A DNA stretch of 64,000 nt from Octopus sinensis (taxonomy: Eukaryota): positions 67,456,001 through 67,520,000 of the forward strand of contig NC_043003.1 in NCBI RefSeq assembly GCF_006345805.1. Direction: 5' to 3'. Position numbers and translations under genes: made by a program. Below the pieces are notes generated by a model. The model was not told the origin of the DNA and ran no database searches. It worked only from the letters and a program-made list of their open reading frames with translations. Numbering within the stretch: position 1 is the first letter of the stretch; each line of letters begins with the position of its first letter. Below, piece after piece: positions 10,985-23,699 of the stretch.

Positions 10985-11210
10985 GTTGTTGGGAGGTGGG
11001 GGAGGTGAGATTGGGGAAAGTTGAGGGTTGGGGTAGAGTTGGGGTTTGTGGGTGGGTAGAGGGTGGAGGTAGAGGTGTGGCATGTGGGAGAGGGTGTGTG
11101 GGATAGGATGGAGGATGGGATGGAGAGGATGGGAAGGTTAGGGAAGGTGGAGTAGGAATGTGTAGGGGTGGGTGGGCTTATGGGGGAGGGGAAGGTGGGT
11201 ATGTGAGGAT
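10985..11210 (+). repeat. G-rich low-complexity tract with many GGG runs
   Basis: Near C-free strand with repeated GGG/GGGG tracts. Confidence 0.7.
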
Positions 11211-11880
11211 AGAGAGGAGGAGAGAAGAGAGAAACAGAGTAAGAGAGAAAGAGGGTCGAAGAGAAGAGGGAAAGCGGGAAGAGAAAGAGAGTAGGGGTTA
11301 AGAGAAGTAGGAGTGAAGAGAGTATATTAATATATATAGTTGATATTCATATATTATATATACAGAATCGTGTGTTTGTGTGTGCGTGTGTTGTGTGTGA
11401 CGTAGTCTAAGATCGTCTAGGCTAAATTTTGTAACACCAAAGCGGAATTGATTTAAATATAAAAAAAAAAAGACTTCGCTCTTGTAATTCATTTTTGGCG
11501 ATGTTACTAACTTTAACGATCACTTCAGAGCTTGCAAAATACACTAAAAACAAACGTTGATTGATGTTCAGTTTACAAATATATGGATTACACGTAATTA
11601 TGCAGATCTTTGGATGCATATGTGTATGGTTTTAGTTTAACAATATGTGCATGTTGGTACAAATGTATTGGCGTTTGCGTTCGATGTGTATTGATACGTG
11701 TGTCTTTACGTCGGTTATAGAAAAAAACCAATGCGAGTAAATTAATGCAGTGCTTTTTCGTTTTTCCTTCTGGATGAATATTTAATTACTATCGACCATG
11801 ACTGTAATTGAGTCTTATTTACATACACACACAGACTGACACACACGAAGTCTCTCACTTGTCAACACACACACCCCTCT

Positions 11881-11913
<33 letters not shown>

Positions 11914-12074
11914 TCTCTCTCTCTCTCTGATATATATCTATATATTATATATATATATATATATATATCAATACATGGTATATATATGGTATATATATAT
12001 ATATATATTTAACGTACGGTGAAAGTAAACAAATTTGCTTTAAAAGCGTTGTTGAGATGTATTGAAAGATACAG

Positions 12075-12490
12075 AAACAATTTATTCTCGAACGCATGTT
12101 AATGCCTATACAATAGCATAAACAGCATAAGCTATCCATATATTGCAGAAAAATTCGTTACGGCCAGCTCTGAGACTCCAACTCACATCCCTGTTATTAC
12201 GCATCAAATTTTTTACTTTTAATCTAAACTGCCCAGTAACAATTTCTGAATTGAATTTAACGTTAGCGTCTTATAAAGCTAGATTTTTAAATCCTAAAAT
12301 TGCAGAACAATTCGTTATTGGGCAGTTTAGCTTAAAACTAAAGCATTTGACGCATTTGACGCATTTGACGCAGGGATACGAGTTCAAGTTTTATGGCTGG
12401 CCTGTAAGGAAGCTTTCTGCAATATATGGATAGTTTATCCTGTTCATGCTATTATATTCGAATTATCATGCGTTTGAGAATAAATTATTT
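12075..12490. repeat. Imperfect fold-back palindrome (416 bp, ~40 nt spacer near 12275)
   Basis: Arms align throughout: TTATTCTC/GAGAATAA, CTATCCATATATTGCAGAAA/TTTCTGCAATATATGGATAG, CTAAACTGCCCA/TGGGCAGTTTAG; the right arm has a 9-mer (GCATTTGAC)x3 expansion. Confidence 0.85.
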
Positions 12491-12499
12491 GCTTATCGT

Positions 12500-12530
<31 letters not shown>

Positions 12531-12789
12531 AAGTTCATTTGCCAACATAAGGGGGCAGTCCTCCATAGTACTGTCTGCGTTACTACGTTTTAACCCCAGG
12601 AAATATCTTTTCCATCTGGTTTATCGACAAATGATCTGTGTCCGAGATATACTGTATGTAATGTGTCTTTGTGATCGCTTCTAGCCGTTGGCTGTACCAG
12701 GAGACCAATGTTTCTAGGAAGAACAGAAATTACGTAGAACCCATTGGTGTGCTGGTACTGCTAACTGCATTATCAGCAAACCAATCATT

Positions 12790-13168
12790 CAATTTATCTA
12801 GATACAATGATAGCCGATGTGTCACATGCCAATTCATGCATTCCGGCCAATATAGGAACACAAAAAGATCGAAAAACTATTCACAAACAGAAATATGAAC
12901 TGCAAAAGTAGAAATTTAATTTACTGCATCAAATGCCCGAATTGTGAAGAACTATAAGTAGGTCAGACTGGAAATGCACGTGTGCAGCGACAGCAAATTA
13001 GAAAACCAGATATCCGTCAGATAACATTGAGCAACAATCTAGCAACCTGTAGTCGGAAAAATATTTATATTTCAAATCTACAAACTATACAGTCCAAGTG
13101 AAATGGAGAGAAAAATTAGAGAAAATACTTTTATTGAAAAATTCCAACCCAAGTTAAATAAACAATAA
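12790..13168 (+). pseudogene. Penelope-like element GIY-YIG endonuclease remnant
   Basis: DSRCVTCQFMH, NLIYCIKCPNCEEL*VGQTG, QRQQIR, RKIRENTFIEKFQPKLN. Confidence 0.7.
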
Positions 13169-13349
13169 CAATAATACTTAGAGGGACTATTTCTACTGCT
13201 ACGCCCACTACCACTAACAACAACAACAACAACAGTATTGAAGGTTGACAAGACGATGATAGCAGGAAAATAGTAGCTAAGTCAAGAGAAAAGTCTGTAA
13301 AAATAATTTTAGTTAGTGTTTAAAGTTCTCTTATCACAGCTACTCCATT

Positions 13350-13565
13350 CAGTGTTTATTGAGCGAAAACACCTACAGCTCCACGAGGCTCCGGCAGGCG
13401 GTGCTGGTGAGCCCTGCTGTTCTCTTTGGCCACAAATTTCTCTCACTCTTTCTTCTGTTGGCCAGCCCGCTTAGGGGTGGCGTCATTTGAAGGCTAAAAC
13501 TATGCGAAGCGCATTGTGACCAGCGATGTGTAGCAACATCTGATAGCGTGGTCGGTCACGGTGAC
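13350..13565 (+). mobile_element. SINE family C body and tail (head missing)
   Basis: GAGCGAAAACACCTACAGCTCCACGAGGCTCCGGCAG is homologous to the 8158 copy. Confidence 0.6.
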
Positions 13566-13618
13566 CACAGTGATATACAGTACACACACACACATACACA
13601 CATACACATATATATATA

Positions 13619-13663
<45 letters not shown>

Positions 13664-14254
13664 ATATATATACATACATATATATATATATAAATGATAT
13701 TAGAATTAGTCTTTCATTCTTTGGACATTCGAACTATATCTTTAATATCCTGAGTTATTGATTACTAGGGAGAGAGAGAGAATTGGAGATCATGATAGAT
13801 GATGTTCCTACGAGTTCAGAGTTATCCAAATCTTGATGGAACAATTTTATCATTAACTCAAGAGGGCAGACACATTAATATCACAGTACACCGTAGACAC
13901 GGAAGTGTGCCTCCAGCTCCCCTAATAACCACAGAACAGACACTGATTATTAATAGGCGCAAGACAATGGAGACAGCAAAGCCATCTCTTATCTTATGTT
14001 TAATCTGTCTTTTCTGTATTCATTTCTTCATTTTCTCCTTTATATTTTATTCTCTTCGTCTTAAATATTGACCGAGTAACTTATATTTGTGGTAAAGTAT
14101 TTATTTGTTTATTGCTTTAAATATGACTTGCCAAATGTCATGCAAATGAAGTGATAAGGACAACGTCACCGAAGAGTATACAAGTTCATACAGCAAATTG
14201 ATTTTATGCATAAACATGAGGACTGGATAATGTGGATGTATTAAAGTAAACCGA

Positions 14255-14430
14255 TGTTCGAATAGGTCCCGTGAGAGGCCCCGCAACTGGTGGCTGGACA
14301 TGATTAAGGAAGACCTCAAGACGCTCGATGTCATCTTAGAGGATGCAGAGGGCATGCAGAGGATCTTGCGCGCAACCGACAAAGATGGGGAGCACTGATG
14401 GACCTGGTCGGTTCTAAACACGATGACGCC
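14255..14430 (+). mobile_element. RTE-type LINE 3' remnant
   Basis: RPRNWWLDMIKEDLK...ATD..RWGALMD matches the RTE C-terminal pattern. Confidence 0.55.
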
Positions 14431-15925
14431 TCTGGTTTACAGTAATATTTCTTTTTTTATATAAAACAAACATATCGAATATGAAAACACTGAGAAATTA
14501 CAATAGGATTAACATAATTATAGTTTTATAATTCCTTTGTATCATTTCAATTATGAATGTAATTAATGCCAAAATTTAAAATTTCACACACTCACACGCA
14601 CACACACACACACATCTACAATATAATCAGAAGTTAAACATGGACTGAACGCATGTGACTTGCTGATTAAATGAGGGAGCCAGATGCATCATAGACAGTT
14701 TCTTCTAATTAGAGATGTCACTGCTCTGAGGTGACTAACAGGAATATAACTGAAATACATGTGAAATATTCTGTGTTGTGCTGGACCAAGAGCACCGAAA
14801 CGTGCCTTAAATTTTATTATATCTCACAAATTAGACGTATATTTGAGGCTTTGGCTACCTCACAATAAGAATTACAATGAATTATCTAAAGCTGAGATGC
14901 CCATGACAAGAAAGCTTTTATTATAGGTTAGCACTTTAACTGGCTACGAGCGGGTGCTGAAATATAACTGGCTTAGGGTAAAATAAAATACAGGATGATC
15001 AGAAAATTTACTGCAGCAGTCCTTCAGTTTTCCTAAACTCTCTAACAGAACACAGAAGATTGGGCCTCCAACCAGGCCTTTTTCAATGCCCTTAAAGCAA
15101 GTAACATTTCAACACCCACTCGTACATATGGTGAAGTGTTTGTGAACGTGGCTTTTGTAGAATCATCAGAAACAGTTTAATTAAAGTCAATCATGGTTTG
15201 GCTTGAACTGATGTAAATCAAAAATAACTTTAATGGATGGATTCTAGAGAAGCCAAAATTCCGAAAATGATTAACAGACGTATTGTTTGATGTGCTACTA
15301 AAGCGTGGGCACAACAGGATTAACAAAGAAGTGGGTGCAGGAAAGTCAATTAACTGCTTTGTGATTGAGTGAATGTGATATGACAACTGAGGGCATTGAG
15401 AAGAAACGCATTTGTAGTAGCAGTAATCAGAGAAGAGAGGGCAGGTCTGTTGGATATAGGTTGATGCTGGGAAGCGATTTCCCGCCAAAGGGTTGAGGGA
15501 TTGCGATATTGTCATAGTGTCACTCAAAGGCCGTCTGGTTAAATAGCAAATGTTTGTGTGCATACAATGTTTTAAAAGTTAAATACTTCATTGTATCTGC
15601 TTAACAATTGATATTTATTTTCTGCTATTTAATGAAACAACTACAATGGCGTCTATGCTATAAGATATATAAAGCAAGTTTGAGTCGATGACTTTTAAAT
15701 AGCTTTTGCGTCGCACAAATCGCAAAATGGCTCGCGAGACGGCTTCTGTGGTCTTGAATGTCTTTATTATAATAAAGAATAAAACAATGTAGTAACGGCT
15801 GGAATGACTATGTTCACAGGTATTATCATCAGAGTTTTATCAGGAGACTGACATAAGCAATTCAAACGCAACAGACAGAGACTGAATTAATTAACGCTGT
15901 TATCCCCAGAAATAAGTCTTCAATT

Positions 15926-16115
15926 TGTTGTGTCTGGAGAGAGTCATTTTCTTGTTGTACCTTATAATTTAACACACTCGCCGGTAAAGTTTCACTTATT
16001 TCTTATTTTTATTTTCCTAAAATGTTCGTTGCGTCTTGCAACATTTTCAATAGTCTTGACTCTATCCGTTATTTACACTGCGTTCCTTTTTGTTTGTTTC
16101 TGCAATTGTGTATGG
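15926..16115 (+). repeat. PLE terminal repeat (downstream of GIY-YIG), copy 1
   Basis: TGTTGTGTCTGGAGAGAGTC...TTAACACACTC... is also at 34278 (same side of PLE 2) and inverted at 18870-19073. Confidence 0.85.
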
Positions 16116-16119
16116 GTCA

Positions 16120-16187
<68 letters not shown>

Positions 16188-16629
16188 CTATGCATGCATG
16201 CATATACGTATGTATGTATGTATGTATGTATGTATGTATGTATGTATGTATGTATGTATGTATGTATGTATGTGTGTATGTATGTATGCATGTCTGTATG
16301 TATGTATGCATATGTGTGTATGTATAAATGTGTGTATGCATATGTATATATGTATGTGTGTGTGTGAGCATATGTTTATATATGCATGCACATATGAGTC
16401 GTGTGGAATAAAGTGTGTGTGTATATATATGGTCATGTGTTTCAGTTTCCATTTGCGTATGTGTGCTGGTCTGTTCTTATAACCTATGTACATATCCGTT
16501 TGTATGTTGATCTGTTTATTTTCATATCCATATTCTTACATATAAACAAAATATATATATATATATATATGCATACACAGACACGCACATCCACACGCAC
16601 ACATATATACATCTATCTACATAACAGTC

Positions 16630-18510
16630 CCTTAATTATTCTACTCTACCTGTGTAAACTGTGGGTATAGAGGTATGATATCTACAATGTATATTTCCTA
16701 TTTAGCATTGGGGAAGTTTCATTTATAAGGGCGTACTCCCGTATTTGCCTGACTGTTGGGTCTTTTGGGTGCTTGGATAAGATGCGGATGTCATGTTGAC
16801 CCAAGTTGCTTCCATCGTGGTTTTTGGCATGTTGGTAGAGTATGGATCATTGTTTTTTGTCGTCATATTGTCTCAGATGTTCATTTAGTCGTTCTGCAAT
16901 TCTCCTAGATGTCTCCTCTATTTATGTCATGTTCATGTCTTTAAAAGCACATTCTATGCATCTTATGCTGTAAACTACATTTCGAGTTTTACAGTTAATG
17001 CCAGGGCTAATCCTACAGGTCATGAATTTATCATTGGTATATATGGTATTTTGATAGGTGTGGAAGAGCTGCACTCTAGTATCAAGTGCAGGGAGTCTAT
17101 TGTTGGGGTGCTTAGTGGTGTAATCTATAGTTATCTCGATACTTTGGTGGATGGATTTAGCTATTTGCTGGATGCGGTGAGCTGGCAGAAACGTTAGCGA
17201 GCCGGGCGAAATGCTTAGTGGTATTTCGTCTGTCGTTATGTTCTGAGTTCATATTCCGCCGAGGTCGACTTTGCCTTTCATCATTTCGGGGTTGATAAAT
17301 AAAGTACCAGTTTTGCACTGGGCTCGATGTAATCGACTCAATCCGTTTGTCTGTCCTTGTTTATCCCCTCTATGTTTAGCCCCTTGTGGGTAGTAAAGAA
17401 ATATATTTGCTGGATGCTCTCCATTACATTCCTCTCAGTTTCTACATTACCGTCACTAGAGTTGGTCCTAACTATGATATTAATGTTATTTACATATCCA
17501 CTGAAGAGTAGAGGAGTTTTTGACTATTCTGCTAGCATTTGTTTAAGTTTTCTCTCCCTCCAGGTCATGAAGAGGCCAGCCACATCTCCAGCTATACCTA
17601 CACCGATGGCTGCACCTTGAACCTGCATGTATAGTTTTTTTTTTTTTATTATACTTTACTATGTGGGTCTTCGATGTGGTTTTTTACACTGGCTCCTATT
17701 GCATGTGAAATCATTTCTTTCACCTGATTGTCGTTCTCAGGGTTTGGGGCGCATGCGGTCTAGCCACTCCAGCGCTCTGTGGTGCTTTTGTTCACTGCTG
17801 AAATGATGGTGGGTGGTCTTCCCCTCTGTGACCTGGTGGGGCAGAATCTACTGAGGTTATGGTCATCTAAATAGTTACTGTCATAGCATAGTCTGAGGAG
17901 GAGGCCCATTTCCTTAGGGTTGATCTTACGGAATTCCACTTCATTCTCACAGATTACCTGAATGCATTTCTCCAAGGTAAAATCTATGTCTATAGATGGG
18001 TAGAGTGATATCTCATTCATACTACCTACTACACACCCTGTGAGGTCGTTGGAGTGGTTGCTAGTACTGATTTTACTGAGATCTTCCGTACTCACACAGA
18101 CATCCGGAGACATCTCTATGAGATGTCGCAATACCTGTGAGAGAATGTAGGACTGTATATAGTTGCTGCAGATGTTCGCTCCGCAAACTGGTCTGCTTGA
18201 GAGTCCCATGACAGGGTTTAAGTAGGGTTTGTGGTCTTTGCGTAACCCATAAAGTGTAGGAACATCATTGTTGGATGCTTGGAAACTGTGTGCCGTCCTT
18301 TTTATAGGTTAGAGTATGCTGCACCACTTTCCTATGTGTGAATTGAGGAGTTTTTCCTCTCTTTCGTGTTGCAGTGGTGTAACTTCTCTCATGCTACTGA
18401 TGTGTTGTTGTATGGTCTGGACATAGTTCAGTGGGCTGTCTATTGACAATCTGCCAGACATGTCCGTAGGGAGGCACACTAATTCTCTGTTCCTAATGCG
18501 CTGTTTTAGG
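16630..18510 (-). mobile_element. Degenerate Penelope-like element, copy 1 (RT + GIY-YIG), internally deleted and SINE-interrupted
   Basis: LPTDMSGRL..Y, RPVCGANI, GSMNEISLYPSID, GIY-YIG region homologous to copy 2; lacks about 490 bp present in copy 2 (~34665-35160). Confidence 0.85.
17176..17403 (+). mobile_element. Full-length SINE family B with 14-bp TSD
   Basis: TATTTGCTGGATGC at 17162-17175 and 17404-17417. Confidence 0.9.
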
Positions 18511-18869
18511 AAAAGGAGACTGAGACACATGCCCATATATACACACACACCTTACTCCAGACAAGGACACATATGGAGACACGGGTTCACACATATAGAG
18601 ATGCAAATCCATAAATACAAACATGGTACATAGTTGCAAAGCACACAATCACACACACAGACATGCACATACAAGGAGACAGAGGTGCACACATATATAA
18701 AAACACGCTCACACACACACATACATAGAAAAAACACAAACACGGACATGCAAGCAGATGAATATGCATGATACATACATACTGACGCACATACATACAT
18801 ACATATGCATGCACACACATATATATACATACACATATACATACATACGTACATGCATACAGGTATAGG

Positions 18870-19073
18870 CACACACACTGACCCACACACATGCGCACAA
18901 ACAAACGAAAAGGAACGCAGTGTAAATAACGGATAGAGTCAAGTCTATTGAAAAGGCAGCAAGACGCAACGAAATTTTTAGGAAAATAAAAATAAGAAAT
19001 AAGTGGAAATTTTATCGGTGAGTGTGTTAAATTATAAGGCACAAAAAGGAAATGACTCTCTCCAGACACAACA
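18870..19073 (-). repeat. Inverted copy of PLE terminal repeat
   Basis: Reverse complement of 15926-16115, highly similar. Confidence 0.85.
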
Positions 19074-19564
19074 GAATATGCTTCAGCACATGAACTCATA
19101 TAAAGTATCTTGCAAACCAAATCCAAAAACGAAATCTTGAATTTCTTTTTGGGATAACTAGAAACTTAGACCATACATTTCGCTGATCTCTTCTTTTCAC
19201 GATATATAATCATATCATTCATTTTACCCACCACAAAGAACCTATATTTCAGTGGAGTGAAAAGTTAAGATCATGTATCCTTCAGGTACATTACCAAAGT
19301 AAATAAACTCAGATTACATCAAACAGGTTACATTATTTTCAAGTAGCTTAACAGTTCCCGCTCTTTAGATTAATAAACTAAAAGTATTTACTAAACCAAA
19401 GTGTATTTCATAAACATCTGACACTACGTATATGTGTGTGCGTGTTTGTGCGCGTGCGTGTTTGTGCGCGTGCGCGGGGCGTATGTCAGTGTATATATAT
19501 GTGCATGCATAAATATATGTATATAGGGAGAGAGAGAAATAGTTCGATACATAGATCTATATAT

Positions 19565-19608
<44 letters not shown>

Positions 19609-19682
19609 ACATACAGACATACATATATGTGTAACTACACACGCACACACATATATATATATACATATACATATATATATAC

Positions 19683-19740
<58 letters not shown>

Positions 19741-19901
19741 CGTATATAATATGTATTTACATATAGTATATATCGTATATATATATATGTATATATATAT
19801 ACATACATACATATATACATATACATACATACATACATACATACACACATACATACATACATGCATACATACATACATACATACATACATACATACATAC
19901 A

Positions 19902-19936
<35 letters not shown>

Positions 19937-19967
19937 GTTTAGATATATATATATATGTGTGTGTGTG

Positions 19968-20265
19968 TAGCAGCGTCTCACTTCAGAAGATATTTCATTA
20001 ATGCATTTCAGATATCCCGAACGTAGATACACACATATATGCATCCATACATTGGAACATGTGTGTACATATATATTCATATGCAGATAAAGATATGAGA
20101 GTGTGTACATATATATATATATATATATATACTCTCATATCTTTATTTGTATATGAATATATGTGTACATATATATTCCAATGTATGAATGCATGTATGT
20201 GTGTATGTACGTTCTGGATATCTGAAATGCATTAATGAAATATCTTCTGAAGTGAGACGCTGCTA
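19968..20265. repeat. Near-perfect palindrome (298 bp) centred on (AT)n 20109-20131
   Basis: Outer ~58 bp arms differ at one base (TAGCAGCGTCTCACTTCAGAAGATATTTCATTAATGCATTTCAGATATCC); inner arms remain alignable. Confidence 0.92.
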
Positions 20266-20560
20266 TGATGTAAGAGTGCTCACCTATATATCAAGCAATA
20301 TTCCATCTTTCAATATCTGGAAAAACCACTTCCCTCGTTGGCGTAAGCGACCATTTATGATATGAATCACGTTAGTCGTGTAAGTATTTTCGCCCTATTA
20401 GATAAACATCTAATATACTAAATAAATGAAGAAGAAAAAATTCAGCATTAATATATATTTTCACACACTACTTTAATATATTAGCATTATGTATATGTAA
20501 TGCTACGAAATATAAACATGACATGTTTATCAATTCGTCTGTAGGTTGAAAAAGTGATGA

Positions 20561-20610
20561 ACAGCCTTAACAGTTGTTCGGACCTTATTGGGGTCTCATC
20601 AGAAGCGTCT
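20561..20610 (-). ncRNA. Decayed hammerhead-like motif after a probable PLE C-terminus
   Basis: Minus strand GCTT-CTGATGA-GACC-ccaataa-GGTC-c-GAA-CAACTGTT-AAG; GAAA is defective. An upstream minus frame reads HINRPGNVPSDSLLY. Confidence 0.35.
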
Positions 20611-20771
20611 ACATGATTTGAGTAATATTTGACTGGAATTTTGTACGACAATTACGTCAGAACGCATCTGAAGCTACACTTCAAATACAGAAGACTGTCG
20701 GAAGGAACGTTTCCAGGTCTATTGATGTGTGATTTCATATTTAGATATCTCATTCCTAAGATTTATTCCGC

Positions 20772-20906
20772 AAGTAGGCGTAGCTGTGTGGTAAGAAGCT
20801 AGCTTTCCTCCCACATCGTTCCAGTTTCAGTCCCGCTGCTTGGCATTTAGGGCAAGTGAGGTGTTTTGTGACTGGAGTTGGTCGGCAGAAATTGAAAAAG
20901 CCCGTC

Positions 20907-20987
<81 letters not shown>

Positions 20988-21225
20988 TGTGTGTGCGCGC
21001 GTACGTGAGTTCGTGTATTTCTGTCTTTGATTTCCCTCACAACCGGTGTTGGTGTACTTGGTGGTCTCGGTAGCATACCGGTTTTGGCAAAAGAGACCAA
21101 TAGAATAGGTGCTAAGCTTAAAACATAAGTCCTAGTCTCGATATTTTTTTTCGATTAAATACCTGAAGGTGATGCCCCAGCATAGCCGTACTCAAAGGAT
21201 AGAAACAAGTAACAAATAAAAGACT
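20772..21225 (+). mobile_element. SINE family A, diverged
   Basis: GCTGTGTGGTAAG head, GGGCAAGTG, CCCGTCGTATA(TA)n(TG)n, CCCCAGCATAGCC tail. Confidence 0.75.
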
Positions 21226-21341
21226 GAATAAACTCACCACTATAATGTTCAATAGCAACCGGGAGTTCGTATTTTTCCTTAGCAATTTATTAGATATGAT
21301 GGTCTCACTTCCAATGAACGACAGCTGGGAATTCTGCAGCT

Positions 21342-21567
21342 TATTTCTTTATTGCCCACAAGTGGCTAAACATAGAGGGGACAAACAAGGACATACAAAG
21401 GGATTAAGTAGATTACATCGAACCCAGTGCGTCACTGGTACTTAAATTATCTACCCCGAAAGGATGAAAGGCAAAGTCGACCTCGTCGGAATTTGAACTC
21501 AGAACGTAAAGACAGAGGAAATACCGCTAAGCATTCCGCCGGGCTTGCTAACGTTTCTATCAGCTTC
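21342..21567 (-). mobile_element. SINE family B, full length
   Basis: Reverse complement of the 29709 copy. Confidence 0.85.
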
Positions 21568-22797
21568 TTACTGACCAACCATCCATCATATCGACTGATG
21601 CACAATGTGCCACGCGTCAGAGTAGCATGAAATGAAGTGATTTGCCGAAGATCACAACACAATTGCCTGCTAAAGAAATCGAAACCCTATCTTACTATTG
21701 CGAATGCAATACTGTCATCCCTAGGCAACGCTGATTTTCACGTTACTAGATATAGACACGAACTGAGCAACTAATCCTAATCTCTTATGAAAGAGGAGTA
21801 ACCGATAAGGATTTAACAAACGCCAAACAGCCATGAATGGCTTTTATCCTAGGTTCGTTTCATTGAAAAATTTTACCATGGCAACATATATCAGATGCAT
21901 GTTAAATACCACCAGGACATTTTTAATATGCTCTGTATAATTTGATAGTTGAAACCGAAATTGTTATATTTGTATTTGTTGGATTAGTAATAGAAATCAG
22001 AACAGAATAACTATAGAAAGAAAAAATGTAATCTGGCTATATACATCGGCAAATCTCTATCACATGCCCATCTTATATATACCCTGAAGAACGAAGAGAC
22101 TAAATTAACAATATCCATTTGGGAAATAGAAAAAGCGATATACAAATATAGCCTTTGGATATCATATTTTTAATAATATAAAATAAATTTGGATTAATCT
22201 GACACTGTGTTTATTGGTTGACGCATGTGTGCGAGCTTGCGTTGTGTAGATGTGGCCGTGAAACACACATGCATATACACACACACACACACACACATAT
22301 ACAAACATGAAAACATGCACTCACGTATATATGGCAGGTATAGCGGAAACGTTTTCCATAACTGCTAAAGAGAATGTGGTTACTTAATATACCGTTATCT
22401 AATACTTGTGCGAAACCGGTTTGGGAAGCTCGGCTGGAAGGGATCTATAATACTGTATACTTTCAATAACATTGCCACTCTGTTGAGAAATAAACGACTA
22501 TCTATTTTTTCTGACATGTAGATTCCAAGATGACTACACACACACAAACACAAATACACACACAAATACACAAACACACACGTGCATATGTGTGTGTAGA
22601 ATGGTCATCATTTGAAGAAACTATCTTTGCAACAATTACGCAGGATCTGTTTTGAGCCTACTGCATGACATCTTCAGCAAATTTCTTCTACTATATTCTC
22701 AGGGTGACTAACGGAGACTGTGTGACTTTGATAACCGGAAACTCTATAGTGTCTTACCGTTTATACAGCTATAGTAGAAAGTGTTATACCTAGTCAC

Positions 22798-22940
22798 AGG
22801 TGGCGAGCTCACAGATTCGTTAGCGCGTTAGACTGAATACTCAGCGGTATTTGACCCATCGCTATGATTTGAGTTCAAATTCCGCTGAGGTCGGCTTTGC
22901 CCTTCATCGCTCCGGGGTCGATGAAAAAATACCAGTCACA
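22798..22940 (+). mobile_element. SINE family B, 5' half
   Basis: GGTGGCGAGCT...GAGTTCAAATTCCGCTGAGGTCGGCTTTGCC. Confidence 0.65.
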
Positions 22941-23054
22941 CATATGCATATATATATATATATATAAGGATATGATCGTTATTTAAATATCGATCTTATG
23001 GAGTGACCAGCATGGGAATAAATACATTCAAAGATAATAATAATTATTAAAATC

Positions 23055-23312
23055 ATAACTTAGAGTATCTAAGTGAGACCACCACGCTTGAAATAGCAGC
23101 CAAATCTTGACTCTAAAGCCACATTAAATGTTCATAGAGGACCAAGAGAGAAGGCAAAAAGACAAAATAAACTAGCAAAAAAATTACTGATCCCGGATTT
23201 CAAGCTCTGCATATGAAATGCCTTGCCTCATCAGTGGAATATACACAAATAGCACATACATACATACATGCATACATACATACATACATACATACATACA
23301 TACATACATACA

Positions 23313-23343
<31 letters not shown>

Positions 23344-23443
23344 GCACGTATGCACACGACCAGTTTAAAATTAATGTGGTTTTATAGTCAAGATTTGGCT
23401 GCTACTTCCAGCGTCTGTATATCTCTTAGATACCCTAAATTAT
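23055..23443. repeat. Inverted repeat pair, 73-bp arms (23055-23127 / 23371-23443)
   Basis: TAGCAGCCAAATCTTGACT.TAAA.CCACATTAA in both orientations; the spacer contains (ATAC)n. Confidence 0.8.
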
Positions 23444-23699
23444 AACTATATATATATATACACACACATATATATATATATATATGCATGTATATTTCTG
23501 TATGTGTGCCTGTACGTGTGTGTGTATGCATGCATGTATGTATGTATGCATGCATGTATGTATGCATGCATGCATGTATGTATGTATGCATGCATGCATG
23601 TATATATGCATGGAATTCTCGTGAGCATGTGGTTAGCATGTTTTCCTAGATAGAAATCCTCTTCTATCGAACATGAAGCAGCCTCTAATATTCCACGAA

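Noticed and set aside
22630-22680. Minus-strand CTGAAGA...GGCTC-AAAA-CAG
   Set aside because: GAAA absent, stem II unpaired, no valid cleavage triplet.
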